From the NCBI GenBank assembly GCA_964234715.1, contig OZ174287.1: 60,328 nt of DNA. One strand, written 5' to 3'. This DNA is from Podarcis melisellensis (taxonomy: Eukaryota). Numbering within the stretch: position 1 is the stretch's first letter; each line of letters opens with the position of its first letter. Of this stretch, positions 23,471-35,206 are shown piece by piece. Both the position numbers and the translations under genes were made by a program. The notes beneath the pieces were generated by a model. That model was not told the DNA's origin. It made no database searches and saw only the letters and a program-made list of their open reading frames with translations.

Positions 23471-24047
23471 TTTAGAACTATGGCAAAATATGTTGTAAGT
23501 CTGTGGATGAAAGCAAACTACACAAGCTTTGAGAAATGACAGCAAATCCTAACTACTTTCAAAAGTGTTGCCACCACTTTTAACCATTTGAAACAGAAGT
23601 CAGGATGCCTTTCATTGCAGGCCAAGCTGATATTGTAATACACATTCTACTGTACTAATACATTCCCGAAAATCAGGGATATCCATTCCACCCTTTCCCA
23701 GTTAACAACCTAGAAATACTGTACATGTAGCTACTTTATAAGCTGGTTTTGCAAGGTGAGAAAGAGAAATTTACTATACTTATTAATATACTATACTATA
23801 ATGATGCAGCTGGGAATGGCAAAATGATTATCATCTCTTGGCAGGATGAAGTGGTTGTCTCGTTTACCAATGTACCAATCAGGTTTCTTCCTCCAAGTCA
23901 TGGACAGAGGAGCAGGAATATATGTGCTTCCTGTGTCCCAACACCCCTGTGCCATTAACCCGGAATGATCAGGGTTCCTGTTCAGACATGACATGTTTTG
24001 CCACTAAAGGAGCAATCATATGGCATGTTCCACCAAGATGAGCAGCT

Positions 24048-24194
24048 CAGTGGCGTAGCGTGGGGGGCGCAGGGGGGGCCGGCCGCACCGGGCGCAACAT
24101 CTGGGGGTTAGGGTTAGGGGGCGCAAATCCACAGGTTAGGGGGCGCAAATTACTTGCCTTGCCCCGGGTGCTGACAACCCACGCTATGCTACTG
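24048..24194 (-). mobile_element. hAT-type MITE (147 bp), same family as 5349-5494, opposite orientation
   Basis: TIRs cagtggcgtagcgtggg / cccacgctatgctactg, an 8-bp TSD gagcagct (24040-24047, 24195-24202), and internal ggttagggttaggg. Confidence 0.92.
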
Positions 24195-24778
24195 GAGCAG
24201 CTTAGGATGCAGTGGATCTCTGACTCAGCTGGGCTAAGTAGGCACTTCATCTCCAACCCTGGCTCAGCTGATGCTATGCCAGTGTAACTGGCTTTCTGCA
24301 GCTCAGCCAGGGCTCTGCTGAAGCTGTCTGAGTCAAGGCAAGTGTAAGTCTCAAAAAGGGGCATTAGGAGGCGTGTGGAAGAGGCAGGACTAGAAAGGGT
24401 GGGCGGACTTAGGCTGGATTCTAAACCCATTCAGCTCAATTATATGACTTGGCAACCTGGCATAAAGCACAATTTTAAAGGCTTGTTTTCCCTCTGCCAA
24501 GCTTATGCAAAGCAGCAACCACCCTGCTGAATTTGGTGTAACTTTAAACCAGCTTAACTTTTATACTGGCTTGCTTCATTCCACCTTCTTGTGCATAGGA
24601 TTGCCCCTGTGGTTGAGGGTAGAGTTAGAGTGTTAGTGGAGTGAGGCTAGCTGTCTCTGTGTGTAAAGATTGTGTGGAGAAAAAGGTCTGAGCAGGATTT
24701 AAATGGCCATATGCATGTTGCAATAAATGACCACTTGGAAAGTGGTTGCCTGTTCAAACAAATAATATTTGCCTGTTG

Positions 24779-24779
24779 A

Positions 24780-24831
<52 letters not shown>

Positions 24832-24968
24832 TACTTATACCCCACCCATCTGGCCAGGTCTCCCCAGCCACTCTTGGCAGCTCCCAATAGAATATTAAAA
24901 ACATGATAAAACATCAAACATTGAAAACTTCCCTAAACACGGCTACCTTCAGATGTCTTCTAAAAGTC
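24779..24968 (-). mobile_element. L2 3'-end fragment with (TTA)n tail
   Basis: (AAT)n at 24779-24829 is followed by sequence matching the 3' end of the L2 at 27087-28012. Confidence 0.8.
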
Positions 24969-25452
24969 ATGGTGAATAGCTTTACAGTAAAGGATTTACA
25001 TTCATCTTTTCTTTTGCTCAATAACCTTGGCTGAGAGTCTCTACACCAATAATTTATTGAGTTTTAAAAAGCAATGCAGTTCATGTATATAATGAATGCT
25101 GATATCTTAATCTTCATTGCTTAGAAATCCAGACAGATTTATTTCTTGGTAAATGTACATATCACAAAGCATTAAAAGATGAGCATGTATTAAAAGATAC
25201 ACATGCAGCTTACTTCTGAGTATACATACATGGAAGTGCTCTGCAAGTTTAGTTAGTAGTTCTGATATTGTAAATTGTTTTGAGTTGATTTTGCAAAAAA
25301 GTGACCATAAGCTTAAATGATGATGATTGCTACTAAATGTGGCCATACAGTATCTAAGTAGGCATTATAAGTGGTACATTATAAAATTTATACATTGTTC
25401 ACTGTTTGTTCCTCTGTTAAAGCTCAGCTCAGTTTTTTCTAGAAGAGTAACA

Positions 25453-26394
25453 TCAATTCAGTCCTTCCTGTTTTCTACAGAGAACTTTTTTAAGGGCCTC
25501 TTTCACCTCCTTGTTCCTGAGGCTATATATGATGGGATTCAAGAGTGGAGTGACCAGGCAGTAGAAGACAGCTACCACCTGGTCCATATTGAAGGAGAGG
25601 TTTCGGGTGGGCCTGACATAAATGAACATCATCGTTCCATAATAGATACCAACCACTGTCAAATGGGAAGCAAAAGTGGAGAAGGCCTTTTTCCGTCCAT
25701 CGGAAGAACGAATGCCCAGAACAGTGATCAAGATGGCGGCATAAGAAGCCACAGTTATTGTGAATGACCCAACAAGGAGAAAGGAGCAGATGAAGAAACT
25801 CAGCATCTCGTTGAGCTGGGTCCTGTTGCAAACCAGCCTCAGCAATGGCAGAATGTCACAGAAGAAATGGTCCACTATATTGCTCCCACAATAGTTGAGC
25901 TGAGATATGAGAATTGTTGGGATCAATGGCAGAACCAAGCCTGTGACCCAAGACCAAGTAGCAAGCTGATGATAGACAACACTATTCATAATGGTGTTGT
26001 ATCTTAAAGGAGAACGTACAGCCACATATCTATCATATGCCATGGCAGCCAAAAGGAGGCACTCAATGCCACCAAGAGCATGGAAAAAATATATTTGGGT
26101 AAGGCAGTTCTTGAAGGATACAACATTCTTTTTTCTAATGAGATCAACCAATATTGTTGGGGCTGTGACTGAGGTAAAACAGATCTCCAGCAAGGAAAAA
26201 TTGCCCAGGAAGAAGTACATGGGGGTGTTAAGAGAAATTTCATACCTGGTGATGAATACTATAACCATGTTTCCTATCACTGTTAGTGTGTACATAATTA
26301 GTACTAGCATAAATATTGGAATTCTGCTTTTTCCCAGGTTGGGAAATCCTGTGATAAGAAATTCACTCACTGTTGTATGGTTTGAGAGATCCAT
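25453..26394 (-). CDS. Olfactory receptor, class II (313 aa), OR6/OR11-like; two conserved cysteines substituted
   Basis: Intact ORF with NHT, PMYFFLGNFS, MAYDRYVAVRSPLRY, HFFCD, KAFSTFASHL and PLLNPIIYSLRNKEVK. Confidence 0.93.
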   Translation of the reverse strand: MDLSNHTTVSEFLITGFPNLGKSRIPIFMLVLIMYTLTVIGNMVIVFITRYEISLNTPMYFFLGNFSLLEICFTSVTAPTILVDLIRKKNVVSFKNCLTQIYFFHALGGIECLLLAAMAYDRYVAVRSPLRYNTIMNSVVYHQLATWSWVTGLVLPLIPTILISQLNYCGSNIVDHFFCDILPLLRLVCNRTQLNEMLSFFICSFLLVGSFTITVASYAAILITVLGIRSSDGRKKAFSTFASHLTVVGIYYGTMMFIYVRPTRNLSFNMDQVVAVFYCLVTPLLNPIIYSLRNKEVKEALKKVLCRKQEGLN

Positions 26395-27085
26395 ATTATG
26401 ATTGGTTGTTTTTTTGTGGAAACCAAAAAGGAACAGTTGTTTGCCCTAAAGTGAAAGCATTCTGTGTACTTCTTATGATATATCAGTTGAAGAGGTTTAA
26501 CCTAGAAAAGGCTTCAGATGATTTTTTTCAAGGACAGGACGTCAGTCAAAGCGAAGAAATCTATGACTGAAAGAAAGAAAAGAATTCTATGATCACTAAC
26601 CTTCACAGCAGTTGAAGTAAATAACATTGCCAGTGTGCTTAAGAAATGTTGTAGTCTTGAGTGCATTTATATCTATTGATAATATAAGGTCATTATTTGG
26701 AGAGTGGACTTGGACTTGGAGGGACTTGGAGGGACTTGGGGACTTGGAAATGCCACTAAACGTACAGTGTGCATTACACTGCTCATGTAGAGTAATGCAT
26801 GCTATCACTGTACCTCTTCTATTGATTCCAGTGGAACTTGTTAATTGCACACAATTGCTGCCTAGTACTGTTACTCTATGAATGCTTGGTTAAGAGGAAA
26901 TCATACTAAATTGAGCACCACACTCCAGATGAGCCATCCAGACCATGAGGATTTGTCATATGTGGGATATGAACCTATGCTTCCAATGAGAGACCAGAAA
27001 AGATAAAAGATAAAACAGTAAAATGCAGGGGGGGGGGGAACACAGCCACACTTTAAAACATACAAATGTTAAAATACTAAAACAG

Positions 27086-27086
<1 letters not shown>

Positions 27087-27136
<50 letters not shown>

Positions 27137-28012
27137 TTATTATTTGTACCCCGCCCATCTGGCTGGGTTTCCCCAGCCACTCTGGGCGGCTTCCAACAGA
27201 AATGAAAAATACACTAAAATGTCACATATTAAAAACTTCCCTGAACAGGGCTGCCTTCAGATGTCTTCTGAATGTCAGGTAGTTGTCCATCGCCTTGACA
27301 TCCGGTGGGAGGGCATTCCACAGGGCGGGTGCCACCACCGAGAAGGCCCTCTGCCTGGTTCCCTGCAACTTGGCCTCTCGCATGGAGGGAACCGCCAGAA
27401 GGCCCTCGGAGCTGGACCTCAGTGTCCGGGCAGAACGATGGGGGAGGAGACGCTCCTTCAGATATACTGGACCGAGGCCATTTAGGGCTTTAAAGGTCAG
27501 CACCAACACTTTGAATTGTGCTCGGAAACGTACTGGGAGCCAATGTAGGTCTTTCAAGACCGGTGTTATATGGTCTCGGCGGCCGCTCCCAGTCACCAGT
27601 CTAGCTGCCGCATTCTGGATTAGTTGTAGTTTCCGGGTCACCTTCAAAGGTAGCCCCACGTAGAGCGCATTGCAGTAGTCCAAGCGGGAGATAACCAGAG
27701 CATGTACCCCTCTGGCAAGACAGCCCGCAGGCAGATAGGGTCTCAGCCTACGTACCAGATGGAGCTGGTAAACAGCTGCCCTGGATACAGATTTGACCTG
27801 TGCCTCCATGGACAGCTGTGAGTCCAAAATGACTCCCAGGCTGCGCACCTGGTCCTTCAGGGGCACAGTTACCCCATTCAGGACCAGGGAATCCTCCACA
27901 CCTGCCCGCCTCCTGTCCCCCAAAAACAGTACTTCTGTCTTGTCAGGATTCAACCTCAATCTGTTAGCCGCCATCCATCCTCCAACCGCTTCCAGACACT
28001 CACACAGGACCT
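27087..28012 (-). mobile_element. L2-clade LINE, 5'-truncated, young (open 250-aa ORF2 C-terminus) with (TTA)n tail
   Basis: ORF 27222-27974 carries LRLNPDKTEVL, ISRLDYCNALY, LHWLPV and RAFSVVAPALWNALP. It is CpG-rich and has a tail microsatellite at 27087-27137. Confidence 0.93.
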
Positions 28013-28659
28013 TTAAAATTACCTCAGCTTTCTAAATACCTGGGCAGGCTCGTCTAAAGAATAATGGTTTTTTGCAGGTGCTAAAAAATGTTTGTGTTTG
28101 CATTTAAAGTGTGAGCCAATATTTAGACAGCTCATCTATAAATTTAAGCCAACCTGACCTGATTTCTGCCTGAAGAATAATCCAGTGGTTTCACACATAC
28201 CCCACACTTCTCAGCTGAATGTTTCTCCCAGTATTAAGAATAACAAATATAATCCTTCTGGAGTTCTACATTCCTCTCAACTCTCAACATTCCTCCTCAT
28301 AACAGTTTATGTGCTATTACATATATAATCTCCAATTTTTCTTTGAAAAATTTACTAAGTTTAAGAAAAAACAAAAAAAGCATTTCTTTCTCACATATCC
28401 TGGCAATGTGACATTTTTGTCAGTAGAATTAAAATCAATAAATTATATGCACATTGAACTACTTCATTAAAGAAAAATCCAGAAAAGAAAAGTACATATT
28501 TTAAAACGTTTTGTCCATTTTCATTCTGCAATGTGGCTATACTCACAAATGATGCAGATCATGCATTTGAAAATAGTTGGTCCCATCATGACTGCCATGA
28601 GGACTGGCCAGGTGTTGGGACAAGATGATGTGAAAAGAAGACTTAAAGATAAATTATAT

Positions 28660-28910
28660 TATCTTTTCATGGGGAGATTTGCATGTGTACTTTATACATT
28701 GAACCTATTTCATCAGCATACCTATATTCAAACTCCTGGGGACCTGATCTCCAAGGGATCAAACCCTAGAGCTTAAAGTTAGACAGCCTTATCAGTGAGA
28801 CTCTGCAAACTGTGCTGATGAAAGTGGTGGAAAATATTTCACCATCTTTAATTGATTTGAGAAACCCCCCAGCAGCTAAATGAGAATGTTGGAGTGTGAG
28901 TAATGAGAAG
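28660..28910. promoter_or_regulatory. O/E and homeodomain motif cluster between the divergent ORs 25453(-) and 31215(+)
   Basis: ttcatgggga (~28666), ctcctgggga (28733-28742), ctccaaggga (28749-28758), ttaattg (~28848) and taatga (~28901). Confidence 0.45.
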
Positions 28911-29395
28911 AGGACAGACCACTATTTAATAGGAGTTGATTCAAGCTACGTGTTAGGATGTGTTCCTTAATGTTAGGAAGTGCTATAGCCTATTAACAAT
29001 GCACTGCAGAACATCATGAGCTGCCACAATCATGTGTATGATATAAAATACAAGAAAAGTGAAACTCATTTGTATGCATATACACTCATTTTTAACCCCC
29101 CCTTCTAAATGTCGTGGAAAAGGTTATGCAAATATGGTGCATGTACATACAAAGGTGGACAAACTTCAGAATATTTCTCTCTTTCCCAGAGTTTAGCCTA
29201 CTAATGAACTAATCCCAGAGTAGAGCCTCTGTGGAATGCAAATTCCACAGAGAATTGAGATGCATAATGAAACCTGTTATATTTACCATAGCCCTTTTTG
29301 CCTCATAGAATGAGATTCAGTAATTCTTTGAAACAATCCTCTGAAAAATCATCTTCAATTATCCATATTCATTAAACAAGAACTATCCTTAGACT

Positions 29396-29768
29396 GGTGG
29401 GATGCAGGTGGCGCTGTGGGTAAAACCTCAGCGCCTAGGACTTGCCGATCGTATGGTCGGTGGTTTGAATCCCCGCAGCGGGGTGAGCTCCTGTCGTTCG
29501 GTCCCAGCTCCTGCCCACCTAGCAGTTCGAAAGCACTCTTAACTGCAAGTACATAAATAGGTGCCGCTTTATAGCGGGAAGGTAAACGGCGTTTCCGTGT
29601 GCTGCGCTGGTGCTGGCTCGCCAGAGCAGCTTCATCTCGCTGGCCACGTGACCCGGAAGTGTCTCTGGACAGCGCTAGCCCCTGGCCTCTTAAGTGAGAT
29701 GGGTGCACAACCCTAGAGTCGGACACGACTGGCCCATACGGGCAGGGGTACCTTTACCTTTACCTTTT
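29396..29768 (+). mobile_element. Full-length Sauria SINE
   Basis: tRNA-like head (ggtggcgctgtggg...ggtttgaatcc), a BovB-like 3' segment (gagtcggacacgact), an (ACCTTT)n tail, and a 12-bp TSD tatccttagact (29384-29395, 29769-29780). Confidence 0.93.
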
Positions 29769-29846
29769 TATCCTTAGACTACAGAGATATCTGATTGCCT
29801 TCCAGAAATGATCAACACTTTGTTGCCTCTTTAACAATACTTTCCA

Positions 29847-29917
29847 TTCGAACCGCCGACCTTCTGATCAGCAAGTCCTAGGCTCTGTGGTTTAACCCAC
29901 AGCGCTACCCGCATCTT
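29847..29917 (-). mobile_element. Sauria SINE head fragment
   Basis: It is the reverse complement of the tRNA-like 5' ~70 bp of the adjacent SINE family. Confidence 0.75.
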
Positions 29918-30204
29918 CCTTTAAATGCTTTGATTCAATTCATTGAAGTCCTTTTGTCAAAGTTGGATGGTCAACTATATAGTTGATGTAACACCTGAAA
30001 AAGTGCCATAGTACTGATTAATGTTTTCATGCAGATCTATTTCTGTGATTTCTCACCACCAGCTCTTTTTATCTACTTACACAGGTGTAAACCCAACTGA
30101 ACTTAATGTGACTTACTTCTGAGCATGCATGTATAGGATCACACCATAAGACAGAAAATATTGCACATGTGGAGTCTGTCTGCAGGGAGGTGGACAAATT
30201 GCAG

Positions 30205-30516
30205 TGCCTACTAATTAACTAGTCCCAGAGTAGGTCCTCTGTGTAATAAAACTTCCAGAGAGAATTGAGGTGCATGATGAAAAATGTTATATTTACTATG
30301 TCTTTTCATTTACTGGAGATAGTTCTTCATGACTTTCTCTTAAACATCATCTCCAATTATCTATATTCATAAAGGAAGAACTGCTCTGAGTCTCCTGAGC
30401 TATCTGACTGCCTTCCAGATATGATCAGCATAGTCTCATCTCCTTAGCAGCACCTTCCACTTCAGCTCTTAAGAAAGGAAACAGTGAGGTTTCAGCCTTC
30501 TTCAAATTTAAAAAAG
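30205..30516 (+). promoter_or_regulatory. Probable promoter and first non-coding exon of the OR at 31215
   Basis: ctaatta plus gtcccagag motifs at ~30211-30230 and a donor AAG|gtaagt at 30517. A 35-nt exon follows at 31060-31094 (polypyrimidine-cag ... CAG|gtgagt), with an acceptor at 31195-31196 before the ATG. Confidence 0.55.
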
Positions 30517-31214
30517 GTAAGTTTCAAATTAATAAAGTAGCTCCTAAAATGCTGCTACTGTAGTTGTGTCCCTGAATCATTGGCCATCACTTCTAAGTGG
30601 AATTTGTAACTTCCAAAGGGAACTTCAACAGTAGAGCTAAATTGAAAAAAATCAGAAATGGTCATTTAATGAGCATGGGTAATTAATCCATGAGAATATC
30701 CTAACACCTATTGAAATAAACGGAAAACCCTGAACATAATAAGCATTGAACCAAATGGAAAGTATACATTAGGAGACTGTAATAAACAAATCTGTGAGAC
30801 ATAAAACCTTGTGCTCAAATCCTGTCTCAATCTTGAACATACTGCAAAGTTTTTGGGAAGCAGTTACCATTCAGGTTCACCTCCCATCTGAAATTTCAGA
30901 GTACTTACAACATCGTGAATTCCACCTTGAAGAAGCAGGCAACAAAACTTTGTAAACAGTAAAGCATCAGCAATTATATATATATATTTCCACATTTTTA
31001 ACTATACCCAGTGACTGTGAGCATCACTTTCTCTGACTCCCTTTTTCTCTTCTCTTCAGATAACATCATAGAAACGTGCTTAGATGCACATCAGGTGAGT
31101 TTAGCATCAAAAATTCTCTAACTTTTTTCACAATGATCATTATTCTATGCCAGATGATTATTTGATATATGTATCTTTTTGTTTCCTGCTTCATAGATCC
31201 ACAAGTACATCAGC

Positions 31215-32192
31215 ATGTTGATTGGCAATCAAACTGCAGTAACCCATTTTATCATCTTGGGCTTCCCAAGTCTGAAGAATCTTCAGCTTCTCCTCTTCTT
31301 CGTGGGGTTGGTTGTCTACATCTTGACCTTGTGTGGACACCTCATCATTATCACCATAGTACGTATTGACCAACATCTCCAAACACCCATGTACTTTTTC
31401 CTCAGCAACTTCTCCTTCCTGGAGATATGGTACACCTCCAACATTGTTCCAAAGATGCTAGAAGTATTCCTAGATAAGAACAAATCCATTACATATGCAG
31501 GCTGCATTACTCAACTCTACTTTCTTATTACACTTGGTACTGCAGAATGTTTCATTCTGGCTATCATGGCATTTGATCGCTATTTAGCCATATGCAATCC
31601 TCTTCGATATCCTACACTCATGAATGACAAAGTTTGCCTTAAGCTAGCTGTAAGCTCTTGGATTGCTGCCTTCATAGTTAACATCCCTCCATTAGCTGCG
31701 CTTTGCAGGCTGCCATTTTGTGGCCCAAATGAGATCAATCACTTCTTTTGTGATGCACCACCTTTACTGAAACTCTCTTGCACAAGCCCACATGAAGCAG
31801 AACTGTCCAATTTCATAGTGGCCACAAGCGTCATTGTTAGCTCCTTCCTCCTCATTCTGATATCGTACATCCTCATCCTCATCGCCGTTCTGAAAATCCC
31901 TTCATCGACAGGCCGCCAAAAAGCCTTCTCAACTTGCGGTTCCCATTTAGTTGTAGTGACCATTTTCTATGGCACTCTAATGTTCATGTATGTCCGCCCA
32001 ACATCAAATTTCTCTATTGATTCAGTGAATTTCAACAAAATTGTGTCCATGTTCTATACTGTGGTTACTCCCATGCTTAACCCAATTATATACTGCCTGA
32101 GAAACAAAGAGGTCAAAGATGCTCTCCGGAAAGCAATCAGTGGCAAGCGTGTGCTCCAAACAAGTAGGATTTTTAGTGGCATAGTTAAGTAG
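31215..32192 (+). CDS. Olfactory receptor, class II (325 aa), OR6-like
   Basis: Intact ORF with NQT, LQTPMYFFLSNFSFLEIWYT, MAFDRYLAICNPLRY, HFFCD, KAFSTCGSHL and PMLNPIIYCLRNKEVK. Confidence 0.97.
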   Translation: MLIGNQTAVTHFIILGFPSLKNLQLLLFFVGLVVYILTLCGHLIIITIVRIDQHLQTPMYFFLSNFSFLEIWYTSNIVPKMLEVFLDKNKSITYAGCITQLYFLITLGTAECFILAIMAFDRYLAICNPLRYPTLMNDKVCLKLAVSSWIAAFIVNIPPLAALCRLPFCGPNEINHFFCDAPPLLKLSCTSPHEAELSNFIVATSVIVSSFLLILISYILILIAVLKIPSSTGRQKAFSTCGSHLVVVTIFYGTLMFMYVRPTSNFSIDSVNFNKIVSMFYTVVTPMLNPIIYCLRNKEVKDALRKAISGKRVLQTSRIFSGIVK

Positions 32193-35100
32193 ATGATAAT
32201 AGTATACATACCTCAATTGAGTGAGCGCAATTAATTACCTTGTATAACTGTATCCTTACAAATTCAGTAGTTATTTCCCTCTCATGTTTAAGAACATCTA
32301 TGATATTGCATCCAAATTTTATCCACGTCTTCTGAAAAACATTTTTTAAAGACTGAACTTTCTGTACACATCACATTCCATAGGAGTTGCATTGAAAATG
32401 CACTAAATGTATTTTACAACATTGTGTGTTTTAGTGTTGTTGTTTTTACTGATCCTCCACCACTGCAACTCAGGCAGAAATTGCATCCAAATGGCACCCT
32501 TTTGTCATATAAAGCAAACAAGTAGACAGGGCATCACCTCCAGTGATTCCTCCTTTTGGAAGTATTAGAAGCATTGGCATCCAAGCACTGGTGAAGGCTG
32601 GTGATAACTAAGCACTTTTGGAGTGACAGGTAAGTTCAGGGAAGGAAGAAGGCTGGCAACAAGCACACCAGTAGCAACATGTGCTCCTTTGTTTTGCTAC
32701 TGAGCAAAGACAGTTGGCTGGTTGTGGCAAAAAATGTCTGATTGCAGGCAAGGAGGCAGGGTTCCTCAGCAAGACAGTGTTTAGAGCAGTGCAGATAGCT
32801 AAACATTTCATCTATATGCAACTCTCACACATGGCAATGAGACGAGGAGTGAGTGTGAGAATACATGGAGGAACTGGGACGCTATAAGTAAAGGTCAATG
32901 GAACAAATGTGGAATATGAAGAAGTGGGTTGTGATGGACAAGGGCATGCAGTGTAAGGAAAGTCTTGATGGGCCAGGTTTCTTTAAAGTTTACAAGGGCA
33001 GTTTGCAAAGGGATGTTATGCCCCTGCCTGGTGGTTTTGTGGGTAATTTGCTGTATTCTTTGTTATAGACATAGAGAAAGTGGTAAGACTAGTATTGCTG
33101 TATGTAGCTACATGCTGGGGACATTTGAATGGGTTTAAAATAATGTAAATATACAAAATAGTGCTTAATGCATAGTATTGTGGACAAAGACCCAAATCTC
33201 CAAGCCGTATGAGATTCTAGGGGTTCCAGGCACTCACCCAGGGTCCTTATTTCCTTTGGAATGGAGACAGTGGAGAGCACGGTAGTTTATTTACACCTAT
33301 ATACAACCTGAGCCTATGATGGGGAGGGGCTCACAGCATTAACATCCCATGAGGTTCTTGATTCTCCCATAGCCACAGCCTTGGATTCCAACAGAAATCA
33401 GGTATAGCTTTGCCTCCCAGCTACCCAGCCTGTCAGTGTCCACCTTTCTAGCTCACAAAACTCCACTCTAGGGGCTCAAGACTACAGCCTGCCCCCCCCC
33501 CGTAAAAAAATTCATAACAGTGTATAAAATGATTTCTGTTTTTAAGAATACTCCCTGCCTCAGAGCACCAGCCTACATAGTCTTTTAGGCAAAGGGTATG
33601 AGTTTGCATCCTTCTCATTACAGATTTCAGAACTTTTTTCTCTTGCTGTTGTTGACTGTTATGTACACTTTGGAAGGAGAAGAAAATGGAGCATGGTTTT
33701 TGTGTTTGTGATACAAATGCATTTTGTTTTTTTAAAAAATCTGGTGTTTTTTTAAGCAAACATTGGAAATTCATATATTTAGATACAACCAGTTTGTATG
33801 GACCAAACACTGAAGACCATTAAACCCAATATGGTCCTACATTTATATGCTGTAGTAGTTTTCTCACAAGACTTTCTATGGGCAAGCAATATGGTATTGA
33901 CTTATTGAATTTTTTTTTTTTTTGGAAAATTAACACTTTAGCATTTATCAAAGAGAAAAACATAAATTTTGTTCAATGTCTAAATCCTCACCTGAGAGGC
34001 AGACATATTGCTTGCAGTCTGTAAAAATACTAATCTTTGGCTGTGACATTCTAAAAACCCATTCAAGTAAACTCAATGCTTTTATTTGTGAAATCAGTGA
34101 AGGACTCTTAAGACAGTGATGCGGCCCTCCTAATTTCTTAGCAGACATCACTGAAAGTGAAAGAACCTAATGTAGATCCTACTGCTCAGTATGTTGTTAT
34201 TGATTTACTTGGTCTGATTTGAAGCTCTGGATTTATAACTGGAAAATACACAACTGGCTGAACTCATCTCTTTATTCCCCTTGGGAAATGTGACCCCCTG
34301 AAATGTTTCTTCAACATGTTTGTTTCCACACCATGTTCCTTTGATCCTTTATTGTCTTAATGACCCATTAGCCCAGGCTATCACCTCATGGGAAATTTAA
34401 TTAGATTTTAACACATGCTGATTCCAGAGGACAGAAGTATCTAGTACAGAGCTTAATACGTGTGTATCTGGCACTTAGTTCTAATGCATGAAGCCTTAAT
34501 TAAATTCTAGCACTAGCTTGATCCAGAGATTATATTGGTCTTGCACCCACAAACTCGTAACAATACACAGTGCCAGAGAAGAAGCATCATGAAATTAGAT
34601 GAAAGATACCATGGTGGAGGATTAGCAAGCTGAGTAGAAAACAGACTGAAGAGGATGTGTTGCTGAAGAAAAAAGAGTCAATTGATGGAAGCAACATTGT
34701 CAGAGAAAAGAGGCTTAGAGAAACAGGCATTGATGAGTCTGTGTTGAGGAAAGACATAGAATGAAGGTAGCCAAGTTGTGGACTTTGGTATGTTGTTGAA
34801 CTGCAACTCTCATCAGCCTAGACCATGTTGTCTAGGGGTTATAAGCATAGGAGTTCAAGAAAATCTGCAGGACACCATGTTGGCATACATAATAAAGAAC
34901 AACGGCTGCTTATTAAAAGAGCTGGCATGGGAATGAGATGGGGAGTAAATCTGAATATGACATATTGATGAATATTGAACTAATCTCTGAATTTTGTGGT
35001 TTACAACTGTAATGACATAAAACATCCTTTCACTATAATGTTTAATTATCTTACCCAAATACAATGAAATATATTAAGCTAGTGTCATGTTCATACTAAT

Positions 35101-35206
35101 AAACTACAGCTGCAGTCCTATAGTTACTTGTCTGAGAGTAAGCCGCCATTTACCTAATGGGACTTGCTTCTGAAACAAACTGAATAGTATTGTAGTGTTA
35201 AAACAT

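Noticed and set aside
26705-26748. Short ggactt(g)ga tandem repeat
   Set aside because: It is a low-copy simple repeat with no further structure.
24647-27205. ORFs with poly-Leu/Asn runs (and poly-Ile at 49019)
   Set aside because: They are translations of (AAT)n microsatellite tails.
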